Source: a virus (taxonomy: Duplodnaviria > Heunggongvirae > Uroviricota > Caudoviricetes). From it: a stretch of 64,000 nt of DNA. The stretch is from the IMG/VR virus record IMGVR_UViG_3300021963_000025, positions 135,670-199,669 of that record; one strand, given 5' to 3'. Shown in pieces: positions 39,889 through 49,524 of this stretch. The notes beneath the pieces were generated by a model. It was not told where the DNA came from and made no database searches. It saw nothing but the letters and a program-made list of their open reading frames with translations. The stretch's first letter is position 1, and every line of letters starts with the position of its first letter. Both the position numbers and the translations under genes were made by a program.

Positions 39889-40287
39889 ATGTTAAACATT
39901 TTTAAAACCAAAAAACCAGTCGATATCTACGGATATGATTTTGATGGGGTAATTTCAATTGGAATAACTCCAAGAGCATCTAGTGATTTTGTTATTACCG
40001 GAAGATGCATTGATGAACAAGACGAAATCAAAGCAATCCTTAAAGAGAGAGGAATTAAATGCAAAGTCTATTTTAATCCAATGACCCTTGAAGAACGTGG
40101 AAACCATACGGTTGCCGCAAGAAGAAATTCTGGGCATCATAAGGCACATACAATTAATCGTTTAAAAAATGAAGGTGTTATTGTTTCACGTTTTTTTGAA
40201 GATGACCCAATACAATACCAAATCATTCAGGAAAACTGTCCAGATGTAGAATTGGTTAACATTGTATCAAAATTAGTACAAAAATAA
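39889..40287 (+). CDS. Capless HAD-superfamily phosphatase
   Basis: YDFDGV (motif I), ITGR (II), K (III), FEDD (IV). Confidence 0.8.
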   Translation: MLNIFKTKKPVDIYGYDFDGVISIGITPRASSDFVITGRCIDEQDEIKAILKERGIKCKVYFNPMTLEERGNHTVAARRNSGHHKAHTINRLKNEGVIVSRFFEDDPIQYQIIQENCPDVELVNIVSKLVQK

Positions 40288-40288
40288 A

Positions 40289-40990
40289 ATGAGCAGAGTT
40301 AAACTTCCTGAGCTTCCAATTTCAAAATTGGAAAAGACCCGACTTAAAAAGAAATATGTTAAGATACTAGGAGCATCTGAAGGTGTTGATGATAGTATGA
40401 TTGGTGAAAGTATTGCTAATTATTTAATTCCTGAGGTTGACTATAAGGGAATGGTTTGTCTTGACCTTGGAGCCAATATTGGAGCTTTTACTCAAATTGC
40501 ACTGGATTCCGGAGCAAGTAAAGTTTGTACAGTAGAGTGTGATGCCCGAAACTTTGAAAAACTACAATCAACATACAAGAATGATGATTATGTCGATTTG
40601 GTTTATGCTGCCGTTTCTGGACTACCTGATAAGACCTTAAAAATATTCAAATCTTCAAGCCAAAATGCACATTGTTCAACATCAATTGAGAGCAAAATGA
40701 AGTTTAGTGAATATGACTATGTTGAAAATATCCATCTGAAAAAGTTACTAAAGAAGTACAGTCCAGATATTATTAAAATGGATATTGAATCTGCTGAGTA
40801 TACCCTAATCGATACCTTAATCGATTACGAACCTAAATATTTATTTATTGAATTGCATGCCGGAAAACATAGAGCTGAAATGTATGAAGTGTTAGGAAGA
40901 CTACAGTCAATTTATCCATATTCAAAAGTGGTTCCATTGGTTATATTTACCGACAATTTAATAGCACATGACTGCTTCTTTAAAAAATAA
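40289..40990 (+). CDS. FkbM-family SAM-dependent methyltransferase
   Basis: LDLGANIGAF, TVE, AAVS, IIKMDIESAEY, FIELH. Confidence 0.85.
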   Translation: MSRVKLPELPISKLEKTRLKKKYVKILGASEGVDDSMIGESIANYLIPEVDYKGMVCLDLGANIGAFTQIALDSGASKVCTVECDARNFEKLQSTYKNDDYVDLVYAAVSGLPDKTLKIFKSSSQNAHCSTSIESKMKFSEYDYVENIHLKKLLKKYSPDIIKMDIESAEYTLIDTLIDYEPKYLFIELHAGKHRAEMYEVLGRLQSIYPYSKVVPLVIFTDNLIAHDCFFKK

Positions 40991-40998
40991 AAATTAAA

Positions 40999-42189
40999 AT
41001 GACTTCAAATAAACACTTGCTTGAGATGGATTCTCAAGCACTGTTGGATTTAATACCAACAGAAAAAAGACAACTTATTCGAGATTTCGTTCATGAAATG
41101 AATCGAAGAGAGTATGAGGTTCGTTTTGCAAAAACATGCACCTTCGATACATTTAGACATCGAGAAGGCACTGGAAAAGAAGACACATTTGGACATGGAT
41201 TTATTGTAGAGGGACGTTCAGTTCCATACTTCCACCCAAATCGTTCTTTTCACGATGAGATTATTTGGTTAAATGAAAATGTGTTCTACAATCCAGACTG
41301 TACATTTGAGGACCGATTAATTAATGCCGCAATTGTAAAATTCTATGGGCCGTCAAACACAATTAGTCTATTAACGCATGACACTGGATTTCCATTCGTT
41401 AAATATGACAGATTAGTTAATGACGAGAAGTATGTTCTACAGTGTATGGTTAATATGGAGAATGCAAAAAGACGTGGAGAAAAGATTTATGGTACTACTG
41501 AATTACGAACAAGTCTTCAAACTGAATCGAGAAACCATGCAAGAGTAATTAAAACTCCTTATGATGTATTAATTGGTGCCGAACCGGATCCAACTAGACA
41601 GAGTCGAACCAGCGATATGTTCTTTTGGTTTACCCTACTAGGTCCGCGTTTTGCAGAATTTTATTCTAAGAAGCCGACAATGGAAGAGTCGTTTGATTTC
41701 CTAACATCACATCGAGGAATTGGAAACTATTATGGTTACCACTTTAGTACCAACCTTGCCCGAATGCCTGAAATCGGTACTCCCGACCTATTGCGACCTA
41801 ATGCTCCTTTTGGAAATCTTAACGAAGATGATGACTTTGTTGCACCCGGAGTTGGAGCGATGACCACAATCAACTGGTTCTATGAACACTTAGGTTTTTC
41901 AATCTCGTCTGACGTTGGAGCCAAGGTTATCAGACAAATCCGGGACACTCAACACGAGTTCTTTGATTTTACTGGAGAAAATCTTGACTATTTAAAAGTA
42001 ATCACCGAGACCGGAAGATTTACAACGTTTGGTACAGAAATTAGTTGTTGTCAGTTTGGTGTATTTTTACGATTGAGAGATAGTAAAAAGATGGCCCTAA
42101 ACCGTGCAAATGCTCCAATTTCTAAAGAACAAATCGGTGAATCATGTGAAGTAGATGAACCAACATTTAAAAGTTCATGTTTATTTTAA
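40999..42189 (+). CDS. aGPT-Pplase1 / 5-hmdU DNA kinase helical-domain-like (HhH) DNA base-modification protein
   Basis: RGIGNYYGYHFSTNL...DDFVAPGVGA...EISCCQF matches the GIG.F.AY...DL...FV..GPGA...E..LCE pattern of this family as recalled. Confidence 0.6.
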   Translation: MTSNKHLLEMDSQALLDLIPTEKRQLIRDFVHEMNRREYEVRFAKTCTFDTFRHREGTGKEDTFGHGFIVEGRSVPYFHPNRSFHDEIIWLNENVFYNPDCTFEDRLINAAIVKFYGPSNTISLLTHDTGFPFVKYDRLVNDEKYVLQCMVNMENAKRRGEKIYGTTELRTSLQTESRNHARVIKTPYDVLIGAEPDPTRQSRTSDMFFWFTLLGPRFAEFYSKKPTMEESFDFLTSHRGIGNYYGYHFSTNLARMPEIGTPDLLRPNAPFGNLNEDDDFVAPGVGAMTTINWFYEHLGFSISSDVGAKVIRQIRDTQHEFFDFTGENLDYLKVITETGRFTTFGTEISCCQFGVFLRLRDSKKMALNRANAPISKEQIGESCEVDEPTFKSSCLF

Positions 42190-42230
42190 ACAAGTTCAAA
42201 ATTACCTATAAAACTATTATATAAAAACTT

Positions 42231-42698
42231 ATGGCAAATATAGACAATCAATGTAAAGACCTGGAAGTTAAAGACTTCTATTCAGATTCGACCACTCACT
42301 TGGCGGATATAATGGAAAACCAAAAGAAAATGCAGGAGCAGACTTATGGTTTCAATTTTGAAAATATGTCAATTAGAGAAATTATGAACTTTTGGCATGT
42401 TAATACGCATGCAGTAGTTGATGAAATTCACGAGATGACTGATGCCCTTGGAGGTATTAAAGATGGTAGTGGAAATGCAGTTTGGAAATACTGGAAAAAA
42501 GACTTTTCAAAGTATGAAACTATGAAAATCAGTGACCTATCTGAAGAGGACAAAAAAGAACTTTATATGGAATGGGTAGACATACTACACTTCTTTATAA
42601 ATTATGCGTCTTCAATCGGATTAGATGCAAAAACAGCTTACAATTATTACTTCGCGAAAGCAGAAGAAAATGTTAACCGTCAAAAAAGAGGATATTAA
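42231..42698 (+). CDS. Dimeric all-alpha dUTPase/dCTPase (T4 gp56-like)
   Basis: DEIHE, WKYWKK, EWVDILHF, YFAKAEENVNRQKRGY. Confidence 0.8.
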   Translation: MANIDNQCKDLEVKDFYSDSTTHLADIMENQKKMQEQTYGFNFENMSIREIMNFWHVNTHAVVDEIHEMTDALGGIKDGSGNAVWKYWKKDFSKYETMKISDLSEEDKKELYMEWVDILHFFINYASSIGLDAKTAYNYYFAKAEENVNRQKRGY

Positions 42699-44095
42699 TG
42701 ATACTTGACATCGAACAGCGTGAAAAAGATGTAATCATTTCATATTACAATGACAAAGGAGAAGTAGCATTCAAACAATACCCAGTGGATAAATTCCAAA
42801 ATTGGTATGTTTGTGATGACAAAGACAAAGCGGCTAGCCCAGATTATAAAAACTGGGATGGCCGTCCTGTTAAACTAGGATATGGAAAACAATTCAATAA
42901 GTTCTCCATTCTTTATTTTTTAGATAATATTTCAGAGAAAGACAAAAAAGACCTGACAGCATACAATATGCCAAAAACCTATTTTGTCGATATTGAAACT
43001 GAAATTGTTGATGGCTTTCCAAAAGCCGAAGAGGCCAAAAGTAGAATTCTTTCATTCTCAATAATCACTCCAGACCGTAAAGCAATCGTCTTAGGTTTGG
43101 AAGATATGGCTCCAGATAAAATCCAAAAGATTCAAGATGATACCAATGAGTACTTTAAAGATTTTGATATGGACTGGGAATTTAAGTACCATAAGTTCAA
43201 GTCAGAGTATGATATGGTGTACACATTCTTAATGAAATTCTTACCAAAGTTTCCAATGATGACTGGATGGAATTTTATCAACTATGACTGGCAATATATT
43301 GTTAATCGATGCAAAAGACTTCAAATTGATATTAAAGAAGTTGGTATGACTAATTCAATCGATCATACTGATGGTCGACCTCTTCATATCGGAATTCTTG
43401 ACTACATGCAATTGTATGACAAATATGACCGAACTGTAAAAGTTAAAGAATCCAACTCTTTGGATTATGTTTCAAGTCAAGTTTTGAACGTTAACAAAAT
43501 CAAGTTCACTGGCTCACTACAGGACTTATACCGAGATAATTTTGTCAAGTACATATATTATAACGTTGTCGATTCAGTGCTTGTGTATTACATTGACCAG
43601 AAGTTGAAGTCGATGGAAGTACTTTTAACATTGGCAAATATTACAAATATGCCTCTATACAAAGCAAGTTCTCCAGTGGCAGTTACTGAGGCGATTATGG
43701 CCAGAAAACTTGCTGAGCAAGGAATGCGAATTGGAAGTGAAGAGAAAACTGATAGTCAAAAAGATGGCCAATATGCTGGAGCATTCGTAAAAGAACCAAT
43801 ACTTGGATTCTATGAAGGTGTAAGTGCATTTGACTTTGCGTCACTATACCCTTCTATCATGAGACAATTTAATATATCTCCAGATGCCTACATCGAAAAG
43901 ATTTATAAAAGTGAAATTGAAGAGAGACGTAAAGACAAAGAGGTTATTGTTTGTGATAATGGTGTAGTATATAAGACCGAAGATTCAATCTTAAGAAAGA
44001 TATTAAGTGACCTTTATGCGCAACGTAAAGATTATAAAAAAACTTCTTATGAATATTTCACAAAAGCTGACCGGTTGAAAAAACTGCTCCAATAA
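42698..44095 (+). CDS. gp43A: Split family-B DNA polymerase, N-terminal subunit (3'-5' exonuclease + motif A)
   Basis: DIETE, GWNFINYD, YNVVD, YAGAFV, DFASLYPSIM; ends after LYAQRKDYKK. Confidence 0.9.
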   Translation: MILDIEQREKDVIISYYNDKGEVAFKQYPVDKFQNWYVCDDKDKAASPDYKNWDGRPVKLGYGKQFNKFSILYFLDNISEKDKKDLTAYNMPKTYFVDIETEIVDGFPKAEEAKSRILSFSIITPDRKAIVLGLEDMAPDKIQKIQDDTNEYFKDFDMDWEFKYHKFKSEYDMVYTFLMKFLPKFPMMTGWNFINYDWQYIVNRCKRLQIDIKEVGMTNSIDHTDGRPLHIGILDYMQLYDKYDRTVKVKESNSLDYVSSQVLNVNKIKFTGSLQDLYRDNFVKYIYYNVVDSVLVYYIDQKLKSMEVLLTLANITNMPLYKASSPVAVTEAIMARKLAEQGMRIGSEEKTDSQKDGQYAGAFVKEPILGFYEGVSAFDFASLYPSIMRQFNISPDAYIEKIYKSEIEERRKDKEVIVCDNGVVYKTEDSILRKILSDLYAQRKDYKKTSYEYFTKADRLKKLLQ

Positions 44096-44130
44096 AACGT
44101 ATATATAAATTTCTAAAAAAATAATCACCA

Positions 44131-45108
44131 ATGAGCAATATCTTCGAAAAAAGAGTAAATATTTTACCCTACGAATATCCTTCGCTATTAGCATACAAAG
44201 ATGCAATCCGACACTCGTATTGGATTCACACTGAATTTAACTTCACAACTGATATTGATGACTTTATGACTAAAGTAACTGACTCAGAGCGTGAAGTAAT
44301 TAAAAGAGCAATGTTAGCCATCGCACAAATCGAGGTTAATGTTAAAACTTTTTGGGCAGACCTTTACAAAAGAATGCCAATCACTGAAATTGGAGATGTT
44401 GGCATGACATTTGCTGAAAGTGAAGTAAGACATAAAGATGCTTACGCACAATTATTAAGAATCCTAGGATTAGAAGACGAATTCCAACATGTAGTAGAGA
44501 TTCCAGCAATTAAAGATAGAATTGCATACTTAAGCAAGTATTTGGACGGTACAAGAAGTAAGGACAATAAAATGTATACGAAATCCGTATTGTTATTTTC
44601 ATTGTTTATTGAGCATGTTAGTTTATTTAGTCAATTTTTCATTATGATGTCTTTCAACAAAGAGAAAAACCTATTTAAGGGTATTTCAAATGTAGTTGAG
44701 GCGACGAGTAAAGAGGAGGAAATCCATGGAAACTTCGGATCTGAATTGATTAACATTATTAAAAAAGAGAACCCAGAATGGTTCGATGCGGAATTTGAAC
44801 ATCTTATAGATTCTGCTTGTAAAAAAGCATACTTAGCAGAGGTTAAAATTCTTGATTGGATTTTTGAAAAGGGTGAACTTGATTTCCTATCAAAAGAAAC
44901 TATCAAACAATTTATTCAAAATCGTTTTAATAATTCTCTACAACGAATTGGAATGAAACCCGTATTTGATGTTGATTTTACAGAAATTGAAAAGTCTCTT
45001 TGGTTTGATGTTGAGATTCTTTCAACAAAAGAAGGTGATTTCTTCTATAAAAAATCAATCGATTATAACAAAAAGTCTAAGGCAATTACCGAAGACGACT
45101 TATTTTAA
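44131..45108 (+). CDS. nrdB: Ribonucleotide reductase class I beta subunit
   Basis: ESEVRHKDAY, EHVSLFSQF, EEEIH, DFF. Confidence 0.93.
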   Translation: MSNIFEKRVNILPYEYPSLLAYKDAIRHSYWIHTEFNFTTDIDDFMTKVTDSEREVIKRAMLAIAQIEVNVKTFWADLYKRMPITEIGDVGMTFAESEVRHKDAYAQLLRILGLEDEFQHVVEIPAIKDRIAYLSKYLDGTRSKDNKMYTKSVLLFSLFIEHVSLFSQFFIMMSFNKEKNLFKGISNVVEATSKEEEIHGNFGSELINIIKKENPEWFDAEFEHLIDSACKKAYLAEVKILDWIFEKGELDFLSKETIKQFIQNRFNNSLQRIGMKPVFDVDFTEIEKSLWFDVEILSTKEGDFFYKKSIDYNKKSKAITEDDLF

Positions 45109-45128
45109 AATTAAAAACAAAGGACTAA

Positions 45129-46754
45129 ATGGAATACGAGAAGAATTACTGGCTTAACGAGGACAGTAGAACATTTTTATCTAGAGGTTATATTACAGAA
45201 TCTCCAGAGCAGCGAATTAAAGATGTGGCAAACACCGCGGAGAGACAATTAAAAATCGAAGGATTTGCAAAAAAGTTTGAAGACTATATGACTAGAGGTT
45301 TTTATAGTTTATCGACTCCAGTTTGGATTAATTATGGAAAAGACAAAGGTCTTCCAGTTAGTTGTTATGGTAGTAATGTTGATGATACTTTAGATAGTAT
45401 CTTAAATGGTAGTAGAGAAATTGGAATGATGTCAAAATACGGAGGAGGAACTTCGGCATTTTTAGGAAACATCAGAGCAAGAGGTACTAAAATTTCGACA
45501 GGTGGAACTGCAGATGGTCCAGTACATTATGCCAGATTATATGATACAACCGTTGATGTATGTAAACAATCAGAGGCCAGAAGAGGAGCATGTGCAGTTT
45601 GGTTACCAGTTGAACACAATGACATTTTAGAATTTTTAGATATTGGAACAGAAGGTAATCCAATTCAAAATTTACAATATGGTGTTACGGTTACTGATGC
45701 TTGGTTAAACGATATGAAAGCAGGAGATGCTGACAAACGTAAAATTTGGGCTAAAGTAATTCAAAGACGTAACGAGTTTGGATTCCCTTACATTATGTTT
45801 AAGGACAATTCAAATAATAATTCACCTTACAAAGAGTTAGGACTTGATATTACTGCAAGTAACTTATGTAGTGAAATTCAATTACCAACAGATAGTTTTA
45901 ATTCATTTGTTTGTTGTTTAGGTTCTATCAATTTATTACATTGGGACGAAATTAAGAAAACTGACGCAATCGAAGTTTACACAATGTTCTTAAATGCAGT
46001 TATGGACGAATTCGTTAACAAGTCTTATAATATGCCTGGAATGAAAAGAGCATGGAGATTTGCAAATGACCATAGAGCACTGGGTCTTGGAGTATTGGGT
46101 TACCATTCATTATTTCAGTCTAAATTAATTACATTTGATTCACTTCAAGCAAAACAATTAAACCACGAAATCTTCTCAACTCTTAAAGAAAAGAGCGAAG
46201 AGGCTTCAAGATGGTTACATGATGAGAAAGGTTACCGTTCAATCAGACCAGGATATGCTAACACTACCCTAATTGCGATTGCTCCAACCAAAAGTAGTTC
46301 ATTTATCTTAGGACAAGTAAGTATGGGAATTGAACCAATCAAATCTAATTATTTTATTAAAGATTTGGCTAAGTCAAAAACAATTTACAAAAATCCTTTC
46401 TTAATTCAAGAACTTGAAAAGTACGGTTTAAATACACCAGACGTTTGGGAAGGAATCTTAAAGAGAGACGGAAGTGTACAACATTTAGACTTTCCAACTA
46501 AAGAGGTTTTTAAATCTTTTGTTGAAATCTCTCCAAAGGAAATAGTACTACAAGCGGCTCAAAGACAACATTTTATTGACCAATCACAGTCACTAAATTT
46601 AATGATACATCCATCAGTTTCGGCTAAGGATATTAATACACTATACCTTTACGCTCATGAGGAAGGGGTTAAAACATTATACTATCAATTTAGTCAAAGT
46701 TCAGCCCAGTCTTTTGCAAGAGACATTTTAGAATGCTCAAGCTGTGAGGCATAA
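45129..46754 (+). CDS. nrdA: Ribonucleotide reductase class I alpha subunit (short, no ATP cone)
   Basis: PVSC, GGG, SNLCSEI, VCCLGS, APTKSSS, KTLYY, C-terminal CSSC. Confidence 0.93.
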   Translation: MEYEKNYWLNEDSRTFLSRGYITESPEQRIKDVANTAERQLKIEGFAKKFEDYMTRGFYSLSTPVWINYGKDKGLPVSCYGSNVDDTLDSILNGSREIGMMSKYGGGTSAFLGNIRARGTKISTGGTADGPVHYARLYDTTVDVCKQSEARRGACAVWLPVEHNDILEFLDIGTEGNPIQNLQYGVTVTDAWLNDMKAGDADKRKIWAKVIQRRNEFGFPYIMFKDNSNNNSPYKELGLDITASNLCSEIQLPTDSFNSFVCCLGSINLLHWDEIKKTDAIEVYTMFLNAVMDEFVNKSYNMPGMKRAWRFANDHRALGLGVLGYHSLFQSKLITFDSLQAKQLNHEIFSTLKEKSEEASRWLHDEKGYRSIRPGYANTTLIAIAPTKSSSFILGQVSMGIEPIKSNYFIKDLAKSKTIYKNPFLIQELEKYGLNTPDVWEGILKRDGSVQHLDFPTKEVFKSFVEISPKEIVLQAAQRQHFIDQSQSLNLMIHPSVSAKDINTLYLYAHEEGVKTLYYQFSQSSAQSFARDILECSSCEA

Positions 46755-46814
46755 GAAACCGGCAATCTGAAACATGATTGCATTTTAGGACCGGGACTAG
46801 TTCACGGAGGTGTC

Positions 46815-46845
46815 AAGCAGGGAATTCGCTACTCCCTGCTTTTTT
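46815..46845 (+). terminator. Rho-independent terminator
   Basis: AAGCAGGGA/TCCCTGCTT plus T-run. Confidence 0.8.
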
Positions 46846-46888
46846 ATGTTTAAAAGCCAGGGATATATAATAAAAATAATGAAATTAT

Positions 46889-47971
46889 ATGGTTCCAATT
46901 AAGCTTTTTGAAGAATTCTTGTACGAAGAAAATCTTAAAAACAAATATGCTAAAAAAGTAGCATGGGTTATGAAAACTCATGATATTCATGCAACTTCAG
47001 GTGATGTGAATGGCCGCGAAAAGAAATACAATATTGCCGCAAAAGGTAATTTATTTCTAAATTATGCAACCAAAGAAGATTTTGAAAACGATAAAATCGT
47101 TGTTCCTGATAATGTTCCAATCCTTTATTACGGTGGAGCAGTAGACCCAGAAGCTATTGGATTCTTAAAGAATAAAGGTATCAACAATGATAATCTTTAC
47201 AACAAAAGAGAATTACTTCCAATCTCTGGAGACAAAGTAAAATTTGCAAAAGCAGCCGCAAAATTTGATTGGCTTCCAAAAACAGTTTTCACAAAAGAGG
47301 AGGCAGTCAATGGAGATGTTGGTTTCCCAGTTATTGCAAAAATAAAAGATGGCCATAGCGGACTTGGTATTCAAAAGTTTGACACTGCAAAAGAACTTGA
47401 AGATAGCAAAGACGAATTCGATATCTTTTGTCAATTTATAGATTTTGCAAGAGAATATAGAGTAATGTTTTGTAGAGACAAGATTTTTGTTATTAATGAA
47501 AGAGTACCGAGAATTGAAGATGACCGTTCGATTAAAACAAAAACTGCCGATGAAAAAATAAGTTTCACTTATGTTTATCAAGACAGAAAGAAAGTCGACC
47601 CTGAATTTATTGAAAATGTGCTATCAATTTGCAAAGACGTTAAAACATTCTTAGACCTAGACTTATGGGCCTTAGATATTGTCGTAGATAAAAAAGGTAA
47701 AATGTGGATTATGGAAACATCATCTGCAACTGGACTTGGAAGCGTTAAAATGTGCGAAGTTTATAAGGCAATGTACGAAGATTTTTATGGAGAAGCGCTA
47801 GATGATGAATTCTTAGAGGATATTTACCTAAAATATGTAGTTCCTGGACATCAAAATTACTATCCAAAATTTAAAAAAGAAATTGAGTCTTCTCAGTGGC
47901 CAATGGACTATAAAATATTGACAGATCCAAAGGCAAAAGATGGATATCGATATTTTTTTAATTTAGATTAA
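46889..47971 (+). CDS. RimK-like ATP-grasp ligase with CTS-like N-terminus
   Basis: DK, LPKT, FPVIAKIKDGHSGLGI, QFID..REYRV, ALDIV, IMETSS; starts MVPIKLFEEFLYE; GATATATA at 46862. Confidence 0.8.
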   Translation: MVPIKLFEEFLYEENLKNKYAKKVAWVMKTHDIHATSGDVNGREKKYNIAAKGNLFLNYATKEDFENDKIVVPDNVPILYYGGAVDPEAIGFLKNKGINNDNLYNKRELLPISGDKVKFAKAAAKFDWLPKTVFTKEEAVNGDVGFPVIAKIKDGHSGLGIQKFDTAKELEDSKDEFDIFCQFIDFAREYRVMFCRDKIFVINERVPRIEDDRSIKTKTADEKISFTYVYQDRKKVDPEFIENVLSICKDVKTFLDLDLWALDIVVDKKGKMWIMETSSATGLGSVKMCEVYKAMYEDFYGEALDDEFLEDIYLKYVVPGHQNYYPKFKKEIESSQWPMDYKILTDPKAKDGYRYFFNLD

Positions 47972-47975
47972 TCAC

Positions 47976-49037
47976 ATGAAAACAGGAGTATTTAAAACAT
48001 CATTAAAGGAAAACGAAAAACGTATTCCAATTCACCCTTCGCATATTGAAAGATTATCTAGAGACATTATCAAAGAACTCTTATTTGAAGAGGGATATGG
48101 TGAAGATTACGGATATTCAGACCATCAACTTCAACAAATGGGTTGTGAGTTTGCCAGTCGTGAGGATCTTTTTAAAGAGTGCAGTATAATTATACTACCA
48201 AAACCCGTTGCCGAAGACCTAAAACAAATGCAAGATGGAGCAACCCTATGCGGTTGGACCCATGCAGTTCAACAGCGAGACATTACTGATATTGCAATTG
48301 AAAAGGGTTTAACACTTCTTGCATGGGAAGAGATGAACCATGTTTCTAAAAACCAAAAGTTACATACATTTTATCGAAACAATGAATTAGCCGGCTATGC
48401 TGGAGTTATTCATTACTTACAATTAGCAGGTCTTGATGGACACTATGGCGAACGCAAGAAAGTTGTTATTTTTGGATTTGGTTCTGTTAGTAAAGGAGCA
48501 ATATATGCCTTACAAGGTAGAGGTTTTAACAACATTACAGTTTATACACAAAGACCTACTCACCTAGTTGCCGATAAAAATCCTGATGTTTGGTATAAGA
48601 ACTTTAATGATGATGATATTTGGGAAGACATGTATTCTGCTCATATTATATTTAATGGAGTCCTGCAGGATGTAAATAATCCTCTAATGTTTATTAAAGA
48701 TTTGAATCAATTAGACCAATTACGTAGAAATTGTGCAATCATCGATATTAGTTGTGACAAGGGAATGGGATTCTTTTTTGCTGAACCTACAACATTTGAA
48801 AATCCAATTATCAAAATGAGAAGAGGTATTCAATACTACTCTGTCGATCATACTCCAACATACTTATGGAATGCTGCTTCTAGAGAAATTTCTGCCGCGT
48901 TGGTTCCATACTTAAGTACTATAATAGAACCCCAAAAATGGGAAGATAATCCGGTTATTAGTGGTTGTATAGATATTAAATCTGGAGTTATTATCAATCA
49001 AAACATAAACAGATTTCAAAAAAGGATATATAAATAA
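47976..49037 (+). CDS. N5-(carboxyethyl)ornithine synthase-like (AlaDH/PNT family) oxidoreductase
   Basis: KENEKRIP, EEGYG, RNNELAGYAGV, GFGSVSKGA, DISCD, VDHTP. Confidence 0.8.
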   Translation: MKTGVFKTSLKENEKRIPIHPSHIERLSRDIIKELLFEEGYGEDYGYSDHQLQQMGCEFASREDLFKECSIIILPKPVAEDLKQMQDGATLCGWTHAVQQRDITDIAIEKGLTLLAWEEMNHVSKNQKLHTFYRNNELAGYAGVIHYLQLAGLDGHYGERKKVVIFGFGSVSKGAIYALQGRGFNNITVYTQRPTHLVADKNPDVWYKNFNDDDIWEDMYSAHIIFNGVLQDVNNPLMFIKDLNQLDQLRRNCAIIDISCDKGMGFFFAEPTTFENPIIKMRRGIQYYSVDHTPTYLWNAASREISAALVPYLSTIIEPQKWEDNPVISGCIDIKSGVIINQNINRFQKRIYK

Positions 49038-49051
49038 AATAAAAAGAAATT

Positions 49052-49384
49052 ATGAAACATATCCAATTATTTGAAGACTTTATAAATGAGGCTTCTGACG
49101 CAAAACCAGCAATTTTAGTTAAATTATACAATGAACTATCTAAAGCCAAAAACAAAGTATCACTTTCTTGGGAATTTGATAGAATGGAAGAGTTTCCACA
49201 TGTTGTTAAATTTGCAAATGGATTAGAATCTGAAGCACATAGACATGAAGGAGATATGGAAGAATTTTCATTCTACCTAAATGATGATGGTAAAACTATC
49301 TTAGGAATCTATGATTTAAACGGCTACGCTCAAGAGTTAAAAACTCCAAAGGATGCTATTGTATGGTGTAGAGCCAACGAATAA
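49052..49384 (+). CDS. CTS-tagged small protein
   Basis: MKHIQLFEDFINE; GATATATA at 49025. Confidence 0.65.
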   Translation: MKHIQLFEDFINEASDAKPAILVKLYNELSKAKNKVSLSWEFDRMEEFPHVVKFANGLESEAHRHEGDMEEFSFYLNDDGKTILGIYDLNGYAQELKTPKDAIVWCRANE

Positions 49385-49434
49385 TAAGAACCACTCCTCA
49401 GGATAGAATCGGAGGACCAACTCATAAGAGTTTC

Positions 49435-49461
49435 AACCTGTCAGTAATGGCAGGTTTTTTT
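49435..49461 (+). terminator. Rho-independent terminator
   Basis: AACCTGTCA-gtaa-TGGCAGGTT plus T-run. Confidence 0.8.
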
Positions 49462-49463
49462 AT

Positions 49464-49492
49464 GTGAAACAAAATCATATTTTTGTTTATAA
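49464..49492 (+). promoter_or_regulatory. GTGAAAC-N17-TATAA promoter-like element
   Basis: Upstream of the clamp/polymerase operon. Confidence 0.6.
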
Positions 49493-49524
49493 TACTTAAA
49501 TAAATTAAACAAAAAACAACAAAT

